A stretch of DNA of 64,000 nucleotides from an uncultured delta proteobacterium (GCA_963816145.1 CAWFJP010000001.1:64001-128000), one strand, 5' to 3'. Positions 37,730 through 48,277 are shown, counted from the first letter of the stretch. The notes: generated by a model from the sequence alone, not told the origin. Numbers and translations are program-made.

Positions 37730-39875
37730 TTAAGCAGGGACCGTCACGGTCGCTCTAGTACCCTTTCCCGGAGCAGAATGGATCTGCAGCTCGCCGCCCA
37801 ACAGCGCTAAACGCTCACGGATGCTAAACAAGCCAAACCCTCTGGTGGTGGAGTTGGCAAGAGTCACGAAAGATGAGTCGAATCCGCAGCCATCGTCCAC
37901 GACCTGAATGGTCACAGCCGCTTCACTCCCTTTCAGGATAACCGTCGCCTGTTTTGCTCGCGCATGCTTGGCAACGTTAACGAGCAGTTCGCGGGCCGCC
38001 TGAAAGAGGATCACCCGGCGGTCTTCCCTGATCGCTCTTCGTAATGGCGTTATCTCTGCTGCGCAGCGCAGACCGTATTTCGCCTGACTTTGCTCCGCCA
38101 GCCAATCGATAGCCGCTTCCAACCCCAGCTCGTACAGCACCTGCGGGCAAAGATCGCGAATCAAAGAGCGCATGTCTTTTATGGACTGGTCGAGGAGTGT
38201 CCGGACCTGTTCGATAGAAGCCGAATACGGAACGGGCAGCACAGTGTTTAGCTCGCCCAACTTCATTTTCGCGAGCATCAAGTTTTGCCCGACGTCGTCG
38301 TGGAGTTCATCGGCGATTTGACGCCTCTCCTTTTCCTGGGTCAAGGAAACTTCCGCGGCCAGATTTCTTAAGGCCTCCCGGTGCGACCGGAGCGTCTCCT
38401 CAAACGACTTACGCTCTGTAATGTCGACAACATTCGCGACCATGCGATGAGGCCGGCCGTTAAGTCGCATCATGGCTCCATTGACGGAGACCCAAATGAG
38501 CTTGCCGTCCTTTCGGACATATCGCTTTTCTATTGACCACATGCCGGCTTTTCCCTTTACGACCTTCTGAATCTCGGCCAGGTCGCGGGTGCGATCCTCG
38601 GGACAAGTGATATCCCGAGAGGTCATGTTGAGAAGTTCCTCTTCCGTATAACCAGTCATGTCGCAGAACTTTCTGTTGACGCGGGTAAAGCGGCGCGTAT
38701 CAGGATCAGATTGAGCATTGCCCACCGCGGCGAGCTCGAACATGGAGCGAAACTCTTCTTCCCTCGCCTTGAGTGCCTCATCAGCCAACTTGCGATCGCT
38801 GATATCACTATGAATGCCGACCATGCGTAGCGGTCGTCCCCTGTGGTCTCGTTCGATCAGCCGCCCCGCGTCGTGAATCCATTTGTAGGAACCGTCCGCC
38901 ATCCGCAACCGGAAATCGCAATTGTAGAATTCACTTTCACCGGCAAAGTGGGCCGCCACGAGGCGGTTGACATTTTCCAAGTCATCCGGATGCAAGCTGT
39001 CAAAAAAACGCCGCGCATCGGTGCCGAAGGTCCCGGGCGCGTATCCCAGCATCGTGCAGAAGCGGTCGTTCACATCGATGGTGTCGGCCGGGATATTCCA
39101 GTCCCAAGTCCCCACATCGGCACCGGTGATGATAGTCGACAACTTGTCACGAGACTCGCGTATCTCTTCTTCCGCCTGCTTGCCCTCCGTCAGGTCCTGG
39201 ATGAGCGCAAAAAACCCCCGCACCCGATCCATGTTGGCGATCGGGAACGTACGTAACCCGGACATAACGCCGCCCTGCTCCCCTATAGGGTATGAACTCT
39301 TCGAACGTCACCAACTGACCCGATAAGGCGGCTTCGACTCGGCGGCGAATAGCCTGGTAGGCCTTCTCGCCCAAGACCTGCTTGAGGTGCTTTCCTTCGA
39401 CATATTCGCGTGGATGGCCAAACCAGTGCTCATAACCTTTGTTGATAAAGCGATAGCGTTGATTTTCATCCACGTAGGATACCAGCATCGGGAGATCGTC
39501 GGTAAAATGCCGAAGCCGTTCTTCGCTTTGACGCAGTGCTCGCTCGCTCCGTTTGCGGTCCGTGATATCCGAATGGGTGATAACCGCGCCGGCAGCAGTT
39601 TTTTTTTGCCGGAGCACAGTCATTTTGAACCAGCGCTCCTGCGAAGGGGACGAGCACTCATAGTCCATGGTGAAGTGGCGCTTCGTGCCGTTCAGCACGG
39701 CCGCAATTGCCTTCAAAGCTTGCTCGGCGGCTCCATTCCCTGCTTTTGCCGCCTGCCGGCAAACATCTAGGTAGTTCGCACCGACGGAGACGCGCGATGC
39801 GTTAGCCGCGCCGTTTTGTGTTGCAAACTTTTCCCAGGCCTCGTTGACTGCGGTGATGGTTCCTCGCCCGTCCAA
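37730..39875 (-). CDS. Cytoplasmic multi-PAS HisKA_3 sensor kinase (frameshift ~39240; true start probably ~40000)
   Basis: Four PAS/PAC repeats; ERRQIADELHDDVGQ; NVAKHA; DDGCGF; GFGLFSIRER. Confidence 0.87.
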
Positions 39876-40542
39876 GACAGCGATATGGTCGTCAAGGGAT
39901 TCAAGAATCGCCCAGGCAAATCGCGGTGATTCTTTCGATGCTTTTTCTCTCAGCTTGCGTAAAGAAATATCCCACCCCCGGGGGAAGCCCTAAGCGGCTT
40001 CATTCTCAAAAATTAATAGCTCACTCAAGCAAGACATCTATTCGCAAGCGAGAGGTTATTTTTCCACTAACCTAGCATCCCTCCGTTTCAGTCCGGCTTA
40101 AATTTCCGCAGAACAGAGAACGAAGCCCCGCTTATTCAGTTCTTAGCGATACCAGGCAATCTTGTACAAGTTCCTGCGGTGATCGTGGACAGAAAGACAT
40201 CCATTCACGTGATTGATGACCGCATACCCGCTGGTGGTTAACTCGAATGGCCTGCTGGGATGCAACTCCAATATCTAGTCTACAATTTCTTGCAATTGAA
40301 AACCATCAGGGATTTCGAACACAAAATTCAGGGAATTCAATGTTTGCAAGAACACGGGTACGTGTTTAATTGCACAACGGATAGGACAGGACTCTGCTCA
40401 AATCAAGCAGGGCTCAGCAGGCTAGGTGAGAAAACAGCTTGGTACAGATGACTAGAGCCGCGAGTCGGCGCCGGCGGAAAGTGAATCGCCGACGGAATCG
40501 ATGTGTATCTTGCCCGTATATAATGCCAGTAGGTGATTTGAC

Positions 40543-41007
40543 ATGAAGACACGAGTTCTTGTGGCGGAAGACAACAAAGACGTGCTTGAGCTTTTATGTC
40601 GGCAATTGGATTTTCTCGGCTACAACGTAATGGCTGCAAGAAACGGTTTGGAGGCGGTGGCGCTGGCGCTGTTTCAACATCCAGACGTGATCGTAATGGA
40701 CATCCTGATGCCCGAAATGGACGGTCTTGAAGCGGTCTCGCTAATCCGAGATAACCCGAAGACGCGAGAAATTCCTATTTTGGCAACCACCGCGTGGGTG
40801 GACTTTTCCTCCAGCCGAGACAAATATCTGAAAAGTGGCTTTGACGGTTACATCGCCAAGCCTTTTACGCTCAGAGACTTTCAGAACGCCATCGGAAAAC
40901 TTCTAAGAAACTCGCCTGAGGGCTCAGTGACAGGTGAACAGCTGGTTGATTCAATGGACCAGTCCAATGCAATCGCACCTGCTGTTTCCGCCAAGCCAAT
41001 TTTCTAG
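40543..41007 (+). CDS. Single-domain response regulator (DivK/CheY-like)
   Basis: VLVAEDN...MDILMPEMDG...IPILATTA...YIAKPF. Confidence 0.9.
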   Translation: MKTRVLVAEDNKDVLELLCRQLDFLGYNVMAARNGLEAVALALFQHPDVIVMDILMPEMDGLEAVSLIRDNPKTREIPILATTAWVDFSSSRDKYLKSGFDGYIAKPFTLRDFQNAIGKLLRNSPEGSVTGEQLVDSMDQSNAIAPAVSAKPIF

Positions 41008-41091
41008 CCGTTATCGACGAGGATGTGAATCGGATTTGAACATTCACAGCTTGACTTAACGCGCTAGAAACACCCCTCGGAGGACATCATT

Positions 41092-42060
41092 ATGTACTTG
41101 ACACCAAACAAATCACAGGGTTCGGCGACTCGCTGCGGAATCGTATTATCTGCCGGAAACGGAACGCGGCTACGCGAGTTTGTCCATCAGCGACGGGGCG
41201 ACCACTTGCCCAAACAATACAACAACTTCACCGGCAGACGCTCTATGCTGGAGCATACCTATGATCGGGCGGAAAGATTGATCCCCGCACAGAGGCTTTT
41301 TGTCGTCGTCGCCAAAGAACATCTCAGATTCTGCGAAGTTCGCCAGCAGCTTGCCTTGAGACCACCGGAGACGGTGGTTATTCAACCCGTCAACAAGGAA
41401 ACCTCTCCCGGCGTTTTGCTTCCACTAATGCGGCTTTATAAACGCTATCCCGATGCAATTGTCGCCTTGTTTCCCTCGGATCATTACGTTCTTGAAGAAG
41501 ATCTTTTTATGCGTCATGTCGACGACGCATTCCGGCTGGTCGAATCGGATATTTCCCGCATGGTCCTTTTAGGCCTCGAGCCCGACGGACCGGACCCGGA
41601 ATACGGTTATATTGTCCCAGGGGAAACAATTGATGCTTCCCGATCTGATTCGGCGAGACGGGTCGAGATGTTCGTGGAAAAACCATCCATCGCAGCAACA
41701 GCGAAAATTATTGCCAGCGGCGCGCTATGGAATACCAAGGTTATGGTCTTCGCTTGTGAAACCTTATTATCCGTAATCGAATGTGGCGCACCACAGCTCT
41801 ATCGTTCTTTTGAGCCGATCCAAAATGCTCTTGGGATGGCCGATGAGCAGGAGGTGATCGAACAAGTTTATCAAACCTTGCCGTCGCATAATTTTTCCAA
41901 GGGTGTTCTTGAGGCACTTTCATTCGAGCATCGCCGGGCGCTCTTAGTTCTTCCAGTGCGGGGTGTCACCTGGAGCGATTGGGGAACGGTTAATCACCTG
42001 TCGAGCATGCGGCGCAACAACTTGCACGCATCGGGATATGTTTTCAATCAGCAAGCGTAG
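41092..42060 (+). CDS. Sugar-phosphate nucleotidyltransferase (mannose-1-P guanylyltransferase-like)
   Basis: IVLSAGNGTRL, PKQY, QPVNKET, FPSDH, EYGYI, FVEKP, WSDWG. Confidence 0.85.
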   Translation: MYLTPNKSQGSATRCGIVLSAGNGTRLREFVHQRRGDHLPKQYNNFTGRRSMLEHTYDRAERLIPAQRLFVVVAKEHLRFCEVRQQLALRPPETVVIQPVNKETSPGVLLPLMRLYKRYPDAIVALFPSDHYVLEEDLFMRHVDDAFRLVESDISRMVLLGLEPDGPDPEYGYIVPGETIDASRSDSARRVEMFVEKPSIAATAKIIASGALWNTKVMVFACETLLSVIECGAPQLYRSFEPIQNALGMADEQEVIEQVYQTLPSHNFSKGVLEALSFEHRRALLVLPVRGVTWSDWGTVNHLSSMRRNNLHASGYVFNQQA

Positions 42061-42113
42061 CTCAAGATACGCAGCCAATTGGGCGTGCCTATGTCACCCA
42101 ACGAAGCAGCCTT

Positions 42114-42134
42114 TGTAGTCCTAGAACGGACACA
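42114..42134 (+). promoter_or_regulatory. 21-bp conserved motif, copy 3
   Basis: TGTAGTCCTAGAACGGACACA followed by AATCATGCTTTTG. Confidence 0.7.
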
Positions 42135-42237
42135 TTAATCATGCTTTTGGAGACTATTGCTCCAAGGCTCCGGTTGATAGAAATATCTCCTCTTCTGCAA
42201 GTCTTTGCTGCGCCTAACCGGGATCGCTGGAGGAGCC

Positions 42238-43296
42238 GTGTACGACGTAAATAGAATCGATGCAGCCAGGTCCGATCATCGCTGGGGAATAGTTTTGGCG
42301 GGCGGAAATGGCACGCGACTGCGCGACTTGGTCTATCGCAAGCGCGCCGACTATCTGCCCAAACAATACCTCAACTTCACCGGTAAACGGTCGATGTTGG
42401 AGCACACCTTGGACCGCGCCGAAAAGTTGATTCCGGCGCCGAAACTTCTCACTGTCATCGCCAAGGAACACCTTCAGTTCCCCGAGGTAAGCCGCCAGAT
42501 CGCTGCGAGACCGCAAGAGTGCATCATCGTTCAGCCGGAGAACAAAGATACCGGACCCGGCATTCTTCTGCCGTTGATGCATCTGCACAAGCGCAATCCT
42601 GCCGCCGTCGTGACGATTTTTCCCGCCGATCATTTTATCCTTGAAGAGCGCGTCTTTATGCAGCATGTCGAGCAAGCGTTCCACATCGTCGAGACAGATG
42701 ACTCGCGCATGGTCCTTTTAGGCACGGAGCCGACCGAGCCGGATGCGGAGTACGGTTACGTCCTCTACGAGGAACAAATCGACAAGTTATATCTCGACGG
42801 AGGTAGAACCGTTGAGATGTTTGTCGAAAAACCCCCGGCGGACGCAGCCAAGCGGATGATGCGAAACGGAGCCCTGTGGAATACCCTCATTTTAGTTGCC
42901 ACATGCGAAACATTGTTGCGGGCGATCAAGGGCGTGGCGCCCAGGCTGTATGGCGCCTTCGAGACCATCCAAGACGCCATCGGAACCGCCGATGAGCAGC
43001 GCGTGACTGAACGCGTTTATCAAACCTTGCCTTCGGTGAATTTTGCCAAAGACATGCTTGAAGTTCTTCCTTATGAGTTTCGGCGAGCGCTGCGAGTGCT
43101 TCCCGTGCGCGGCGTCACCTGGAGCGATTGGGGAACAGCGGATCGCCTGTCGAGCAGCGTGCGCGACATGGGCGCATCGGCGCATCTACCATCGGTAAGC
43201 GTGCGTCAAGACCCGCAGCAAGTTGGCCATGGCTTGAACAAGGTCACCGGCAGCAGCGCTTTAGAGAATCGACGTATGGCTGTCAAAGAAAGCTGA
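42238..43296 (+). CDS. Second sugar-phosphate nucleotidyltransferase paralog
   Basis: IVLAGGNGTRL, PKQY, QPENKDTGPG, FPADH, FVEKP, WSDWG; GTG start after GGAGGAG. Confidence 0.87.
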   Translation: MYDVNRIDAARSDHRWGIVLAGGNGTRLRDLVYRKRADYLPKQYLNFTGKRSMLEHTLDRAEKLIPAPKLLTVIAKEHLQFPEVSRQIAARPQECIIVQPENKDTGPGILLPLMHLHKRNPAAVVTIFPADHFILEERVFMQHVEQAFHIVETDDSRMVLLGTEPTEPDAEYGYVLYEEQIDKLYLDGGRTVEMFVEKPPADAAKRMMRNGALWNTLILVATCETLLRAIKGVAPRLYGAFETIQDAIGTADEQRVTERVYQTLPSVNFAKDMLEVLPYEFRRALRVLPVRGVTWSDWGTADRLSSSVRDMGASAHLPSVSVRQDPQQVGHGLNKVTGSSALENRRMAVKES

Positions 43297-43306
43297 GGAA
43301 TTACCT

Positions 43307-44461
43307 ATGCCAGAGCCTGATGCGGTTAGTAGTTATTTCTCTCAATCTAAGTTTTTTCAATATATCGCCCGTGAGTTGGCCAACCCTTTGAACGGCATGC
43401 TCGTGAGCGTCGGGGCCTTGGAGAGCTATGCCGAGGCCAACCCGGGTGCCATGGACGAGATCGGTGATTTGCTGGGAATATTGCGAAACGAGGTTAACCG
43501 ACTGGTTCTCTTTCTGAATGAGCTTCGTTCCACCGGCGTGTTGCGCGACATCGTTCTGCAGCCAACCTCTTTGCCGGCGGAAATCAGCGAATTGCTGGCT
43601 TTGGAATCCGCATGTTATGAGCAGCGCCGGGTGCGCATTAACCTGGATGTTCCGTTAGATCTGCCCGGCATGATGGCCGACAGAAATAAACTCAGGCAGG
43701 TTCTTTTGAATCTCTCCAAGAACGCGGTCGAGGCCATGCCCAATGGCGGAACACTGACGATTCGAGGTTGCGCGAGCGAGGCATGGCTGTGCTTGGACAT
43801 CACGGATACCGGGAATGGCATTTCAGCGGGGATGCCGGTCTTTGAACCGGCGGTCACCGACAAACCGCAGGGCAGCGGCCTTGGGTTGGCGATTGTGCGT
43901 GAGATTGTTCACCAGCACAAGGGCACGGTTTCGTATACCTCCCAGTTGGGAAAGGGAACCACGTTCCACCTCAAGTTTCCTATCCCAGTGAGTACCCCGT
44001 GGAACAGTGAAGAAAAGCCCCAGGCTTGGCGCGAGGACTACCGCCGGCGAAGCCAAGACGACGAATACCGCTGGGGCGGCGACTCCCGGCGGCTGCGTCT
44101 CCGCAACAGCGGACGATTCCTGGGCAGCATCGGTACGCTCATTGATATCGCCGATCGCCAGCCGGCCGACCATGCACTCCGGTTGAAAGATGCTAAATCG
44201 CCCACGGAAATCGCCAACACATGCTCGGCAGCACTGCGTTTGCTCAACACAGGGCTGTTCGCCCGTGCAGCAGCTCAAGGGGTCGACCAGGCGCTCTTCT
44301 CGACCGCGCTTGAGTGCGGCCTGAAAGGTATAAAAGCATCACCCAAGCTTTTCGCCGGCAACTTGAGACGGAGCGGCAGATTCGCTTGGTTCAGCCGGCG
44401 CTTGGGCAGTTCTCAAGAGTGTTCGCCAAATCCAAGACCTGGTTCAAGCCGAAAAAGTTAA
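43307..44461 (+). CDS. Sensor-less histidine-kinase-like protein lacking the phospho-acceptor His (C-terminal extension doubtful)
   Basis: IARELANPLNGM (R in place of H), NLSKNAVEAM, DTGNGI, GSGLGL. Confidence 0.75.
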   Translation: MPEPDAVSSYFSQSKFFQYIARELANPLNGMLVSVGALESYAEANPGAMDEIGDLLGILRNEVNRLVLFLNELRSTGVLRDIVLQPTSLPAEISELLALESACYEQRRVRINLDVPLDLPGMMADRNKLRQVLLNLSKNAVEAMPNGGTLTIRGCASEAWLCLDITDTGNGISAGMPVFEPAVTDKPQGSGLGLAIVREIVHQHKGTVSYTSQLGKGTTFHLKFPIPVSTPWNSEEKPQAWREDYRRRSQDDEYRWGGDSRRLRLRNSGRFLGSIGTLIDIADRQPADHALRLKDAKSPTEIANTCSAALRLLNTGLFARAAAQGVDQALFSTALECGLKGIKASPKLFAGNLRRSGRFAWFSRRLGSSQECSPNPRPGSSRKS

Positions 44462-44537
44462 TCTCCCTCTCGGGGATGGTTGAATTCTCTCGCCCCTTCG
44501 ACCTTGCTCAGGGCAGGCTTCAAACGACGAGAGGATT

Positions 44538-44705
44538 TGTCATGCCGGCCCTTCGACCAAGCTCAGGATAAACTCCGGCCGGCATCCATCTTCGGTTTCG
44601 TTGAAAGGCCAAAGAAAACCTGGATTCCTGCCCCGGTTCAGGTCCGGGGCAGGCTCTGCGCCGGAATGACGAAAGAAAGAGTCGACTACCAGTCGACGAA
44701 TTTAG
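44538..44705 (-). repeat. ~140-bp dispersed repeat, copy 2 (inverted relative to 30610)
   Basis: Reverse complement of 30610-30753 with an extra CTTCGACCAAGCTCAGG insert. Confidence 0.85.
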
Positions 44706-45139
44706 AACCCCCTCGGCTTCAAGCGAGGGACATAAGGAGGAGATCTCCGGGCGCTGCACCGCCTCGACGAAAGCGGTGGTTTCAGCCAGCAATTTGACCT
44801 TCGGCAAAATATCAGGTTCGACCGGGACCGGAGGCTTTCTCATCGACAGCGATTACTTGATCTGGGAAATTTCTCATCCTTGCGCCATCCGCGACCTCCA
44901 AATTGCCAAGAATGAAAACTCTAGTAATTAAAACCTCATGAAATCCCGTAACTCCAAACAGCGAAAACTTTGCATCGAAATTGCAAATGCAGATCACCAA
45001 GGGTGGGAACATACCAAGGAGGACCGAGTTGAAATGTAGACTAAGGAACAGATCGAGGCAGGATCACATATATTAATAGCTTTCAGAGCTCCGTTCCTGG
45101 CTGTTTGGTTATTTGTTGATTCGCCTATTCGAGCCGACA

Positions 45140-45154
45140 AGGTGCCAAGCATGC
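45140..45154 (+). promoter_or_regulatory. Possible sigma-54 promoter
   Basis: AGGTGCCAAGCATGC; operator-like pair TCTCATCCTTGCGC (44872) / TGCCAAGAATGAAA (44904) upstream. Confidence 0.4.
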
Positions 45155-45181
45155 GTAACGCTAAACCCAAAGGAGGGATTT

Positions 45182-45493
45182 GTGATTCAGGCATTTAAAA
45201 AGTTTACAGCGGCGCTGGCATTCGTGTTTTTGATAGCCGGCTGCCAAGCCATGACCGGTGAAACCGCGGGGCAGAACATCGACGACGGCACGCTCACGAC
45301 ATCTGTGAAGACGTCACTCGCAGGCGAGCGGATCAACACCCTGACACGTGTGGGAGTCGAGACCAACAACGGCATTGTGGTCCTTACCGGCGAAGTCGAG
45401 ACCGCCAACGAGAAGTCGCGCGCTGGAACGGTCGCGTCGCAGGTAAAGGGCGTCAGAGGAGTCACGAATAACCTGCAAGTGATCAAGCGTTAG
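45182..45493 (+). CDS. BON-domain lipoprotein (OsmY-like)
   Basis: Lipobox IAGC, GQNIDDGTLTTSVK, NGIVVLTGEV, GVRGVTNNL; RBS AGGAGG with GTG. Confidence 0.9.
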   Translation: MIQAFKKFTAALAFVFLIAGCQAMTGETAGQNIDDGTLTTSVKTSLAGERINTLTRVGVETNNGIVVLTGEVETANEKSRAGTVASQVKGVRGVTNNLQVIKR

Positions 45494-45553
45494 AGACTGT
45501 TTAGATCAGTGCGGGCGTAACCAAAGAGAAGGGTCAACGCATGAGAACCAACG

Positions 45554-45766
45554 ATGACGGCAAAATTCTTCTTCTTGCTCATAGGTCTGGGGCTAGGGGC
45601 CATCGGCGGGCTGATCGCCGCGTTGCTGGCGCGAGAGGAAAACCGTGAGGCGCTGCGCGAGGGCGGCGCAAAGAGCCTTGAGTACCTGAATGAGCAAGCG
45701 GAAAAACTTCGGGAAACTACCGAAGCTATCGTCGAAAAAGGCAAGGATCTTATGGGTCATGGTTGA
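45554..45766 (+). CDS. YtxH-like protein
   Basis: GLGLGAIGGLIAALLA TM then charged helical tail. Confidence 0.65.
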   Translation: MTAKFFFLLIGLGLGAIGGLIAALLAREENREALREGGAKSLEYLNEQAEKLRETTEAIVEKGKDLMGHG

Positions 45767-45882
45767 TGCTCCGTTGACGCCACTAAGGTAGCCGAAAAGA
45801 AGGTAGAAAAGGAAGAACGGGGAGAAATAGTGCACGGATAGGAAATCCGACAGGGTGGGTTCCCTGTAGAAAGGAGTCGAAC

Positions 45883-46029
45883 ATGCTTTGGACTATTTTT
45901 GTGATTCTATTGATCATGTGGGCGCTGGGGTTGGCCACTTCGTACACGCTCGGTGGCTTCGTTCATATCCTATTGGTCATTGCCTTGATCATGCTAGTGG
46001 TCAATTTGGTTCAGGGACGAAGAATCTAG
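45883..46029 (+). CDS. lmo0937/DUF5670-family small membrane protein
   Basis: MLWTIFVILLIMWALGLATSYTLGGFVHILLVIALIMLVVNLVQGRRI; RBS AAGGAG. Confidence 0.85.
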   Translation: MLWTIFVILLIMWALGLATSYTLGGFVHILLVIALIMLVVNLVQGRRI

Positions 46030-46065
46030 CAGCGCTCTCGGCGATCTGACGAAGAAAGGATGGTT

Positions 46066-46294
46066 ATGCGCATCAATGCGATAACAGTTGTTGGGATCGC
46101 TCTGATCGTGCTGGGGATCGTGGCTTTTGCTTACCAGGGCATAACCTAAACAAGCCGCGAGACAGTTATCGATATTGGCCCTATTCAAGGCCACCGCCGA
46201 CACCCAAAAGACAATCCCGCTCTCCCCTCTCCTGGGCGGGTTGGCCCTTGTCGGCGGGATCGTCCTGGTGGTGGTCGGAGCGAAGAGGGCGTAG
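46066..46294 (+). pseudogene. DUF3185-like small membrane protein with in-frame TAA and a frameshift
   Basis: MRINAITVVGIALIVLGIVAFAYQGIT*TSRETVIDIGPIQ / ATADTQKTIPLSPLLGGLALVGGIVLVVVG. Confidence 0.65.
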
Positions 46295-46342
46295 TTCGAC
46301 TTGGCGGATTGGCCGCCAAGTTGTCTACGACGATATAGTCTC

Positions 46343-47131
46343 ATGATTCGACAGGATTCTCTCTCTGACGAATTCAAACAAAAACTGCGCGAGTCGCTGC
46401 AGCGGGAGCCGCTCAATTGTCGCACGGTCAAAATTGCCCGCCACGCCAATGTCTACACCTGCGGCGATCACGACGAGATGGTTTTCTTTATTGAGAGCGG
46501 CCGGATCAAACTGCTCATGCTCTCGCCGGAAGGCAAAGAGTGCCTGTTGGTGATCCACAGCGCGGGAGATATTTTCGGTGAGTTATGCCTGTCCGGTTCC
46601 GGCGCGCGTCTGGAAACCGCCACGGCGATGGAAGAAACCATCTTAAAGAAAATTCCCCGCAGCCACTTTCTCGCCGGCTTGAGCCGTGACTCGCTGCTGG
46701 AGGGGTATGTCCGATACCTGGCGGTGCGCATCGCCGAGCAACAGCAGGTCATCGCCGATCTGGTGACGGTGGACAGCGAACAGCGCTTGGGCAAGACGCT
46801 GTTGCAGTTGGCGCGCGCGCTGGGCAAGAAAGACCAACAGAGCACTCGCATCGAACTGAAGATCTCGCACGAAGAGCTGTCCGAGATGGTCGGCACGACT
46901 CGGCCGCGGATCAGTCTGTTCATGCAGCGCTTTCGCAATCTCGGCTTGATTGAAACTGACCTCGATCGCTCTCTTGTCATTCATGAAAAACAACTGACTT
47001 CTTACCTGGATGTAAGAGCGGCTGAGCATGGCTGCGCGCGGCGCGCTGATTTTGATCAAACCCGTCCAGTTGTTGAACCAAGGCCCTTTATCAAACTCGC
47101 CGGACGTCATATCGCAACAATGGGGAGGTAA
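46343..47131 (+). CDS. Crp/Fnr-family transcriptional regulator
   Basis: VFFIESGRIKL...GDIFGE...SEQRLGKTLL...ISHEELSEMVGTTRPRIS. Confidence 0.92.
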   Translation: MIRQDSLSDEFKQKLRESLQREPLNCRTVKIARHANVYTCGDHDEMVFFIESGRIKLLMLSPEGKECLLVIHSAGDIFGELCLSGSGARLETATAMEETILKKIPRSHFLAGLSRDSLLEGYVRYLAVRIAEQQQVIADLVTVDSEQRLGKTLLQLARALGKKDQQSTRIELKISHEELSEMVGTTRPRISLFMQRFRNLGLIETDLDRSLVIHEKQLTSYLDVRAAEHGCARRADFDQTRPVVEPRPFIKLAGRHIATMGR

Positions 47132-47137
47132 CTTACT

Positions 47138-47287
47138 ATGGGACTTATATTATTGATCGTCTTGATTTTGCTCCTGTTTGGCGGTCTGCCCCGCTGGGGA
47201 TATCACTCATATGGCTACGGTCCCTCGGGCATCGTCGGGACGATTTTAATAATCGTGCTGATTCTATTCCTGTTGGGGCGGATCTAG
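47138..47287 (+). CDS. DUF3309-family small membrane protein
   Basis: MGLILLIVLILLLFGGLPRWGYHSYGYGPSGIVGTILIIVLILFLLGRI; RBS GGAGG. Confidence 0.85.
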   Translation: MGLILLIVLILLLFGGLPRWGYHSYGYGPSGIVGTILIIVLILFLLGRI

Positions 47288-47780
47288 GGGGCTCAGGGCC
47301 TTTGGGGCACTTGTTTGTGACAGCTAGATTCACGCTGGCGCAAACATTCCCGGCAGAGGGCGGGGCGTGCCATGATCAAACAAATTGAAATCCACGGTCA
47401 GTGCTTCGAACTCTATAGCCCGATAATGGGCGCACCTGGTCAAGCAGTCCCCAATCGATCGTTGCTTATGGGCGCAGGAAAAAGAAGTTGCGCATGGAGT
47501 TACAGAAGCGGTTTGAATTGATACGCGCGACCGATGGTCTCGATACCAATCAATTCCCCGGACCTGAGGCTCCAAAGAGCGTCAGAAAGGCAAAGGAAAA
47601 AAGATTATGAACGGATTTGCGGCAACAGTGCCAGTGCACTCGATCCAGGGTGTGCGCGCGGTCAAGGAGTAACTGCGCCTCGAAACACCCTAACGCTAAG
47701 GCAACCCGCGGCACGGCGCCGCAAAAACTCACGAGTCGACCGCTCAGGCGGTCGGCTCCTTAACCAAAAGGAGCACGGCA

Positions 47781-47972
47781 ATGAGTGGAAAAACCGACCA
47801 AATCAAAGGGCGGATCAAAGAGGCCGCGGGTGTACTAACGGATAACGAACGCCTCAAACGAAAGGGAAAGCTCGATCAGGTGGTGGGGAAGGTGAAGGTT
47901 GCGGCGGAGAAGGTGGTGGATAAAGCAAAGGATGCCGCGGAGAAGGCGGTTGACAAAGTAAAAGACGCCTGA
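47781..47972 (+). CDS. CsbD-family stress protein
   Basis: DQIKGRIKEAAGVLTDNERLKRKGKLDQVVGKVK. Confidence 0.88.
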   Translation: MSGKTDQIKGRIKEAAGVLTDNERLKRKGKLDQVVGKVKVAAEKVVDKAKDAAEKAVDKVKDA

Positions 47973-48069
47973 CCGACAACATCTTTGAAAATTAAAGCCA
48001 AATAACCAACGTGGTTATTGTTCATAGAGGAAAAAAATCCATGTATACATACAGTGGAGTTCAACAAAA

Positions 48070-48277
48070 AATGATCCGAGTTGTTGCTAGCGCGTTGCTA
48101 GTGATGGGGTTCACATTAGTGGGTGTCGGCTGCGAGCGCGAAGGAGCCGTCGAGAAGGCTGGCAAGCAGGTCGACAAGGCGGTCGAGGACGTTAAGGACA
48201 AGATCAACCCTGAGGGACCCGTCGAAAAAGCCGGCAAGCAGGTCGACAAGGCGATCGAAGAGGCGAAGGGCAAGTAA
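48070..48277 (+). CDS. Small lipoprotein with internal repeat
   Basis: Lipobox-like GVGC; EG(A/P)VEKAGKQVDKA twice; start uncertain. Confidence 0.75.

Noticed and set aside
39950-40540. AT-rich stretch as foreign insertion or sRNA
   Set aside because: Consistent with a divergent promoter region between the PAS kinase and the receiver gene; no defined structure seen
35749-42134. Three 21-bp direct repeats as a CRISPR array
   Set aside because: Spacing is 1.2 and 5.1 kb with whole genes between; no cas genes
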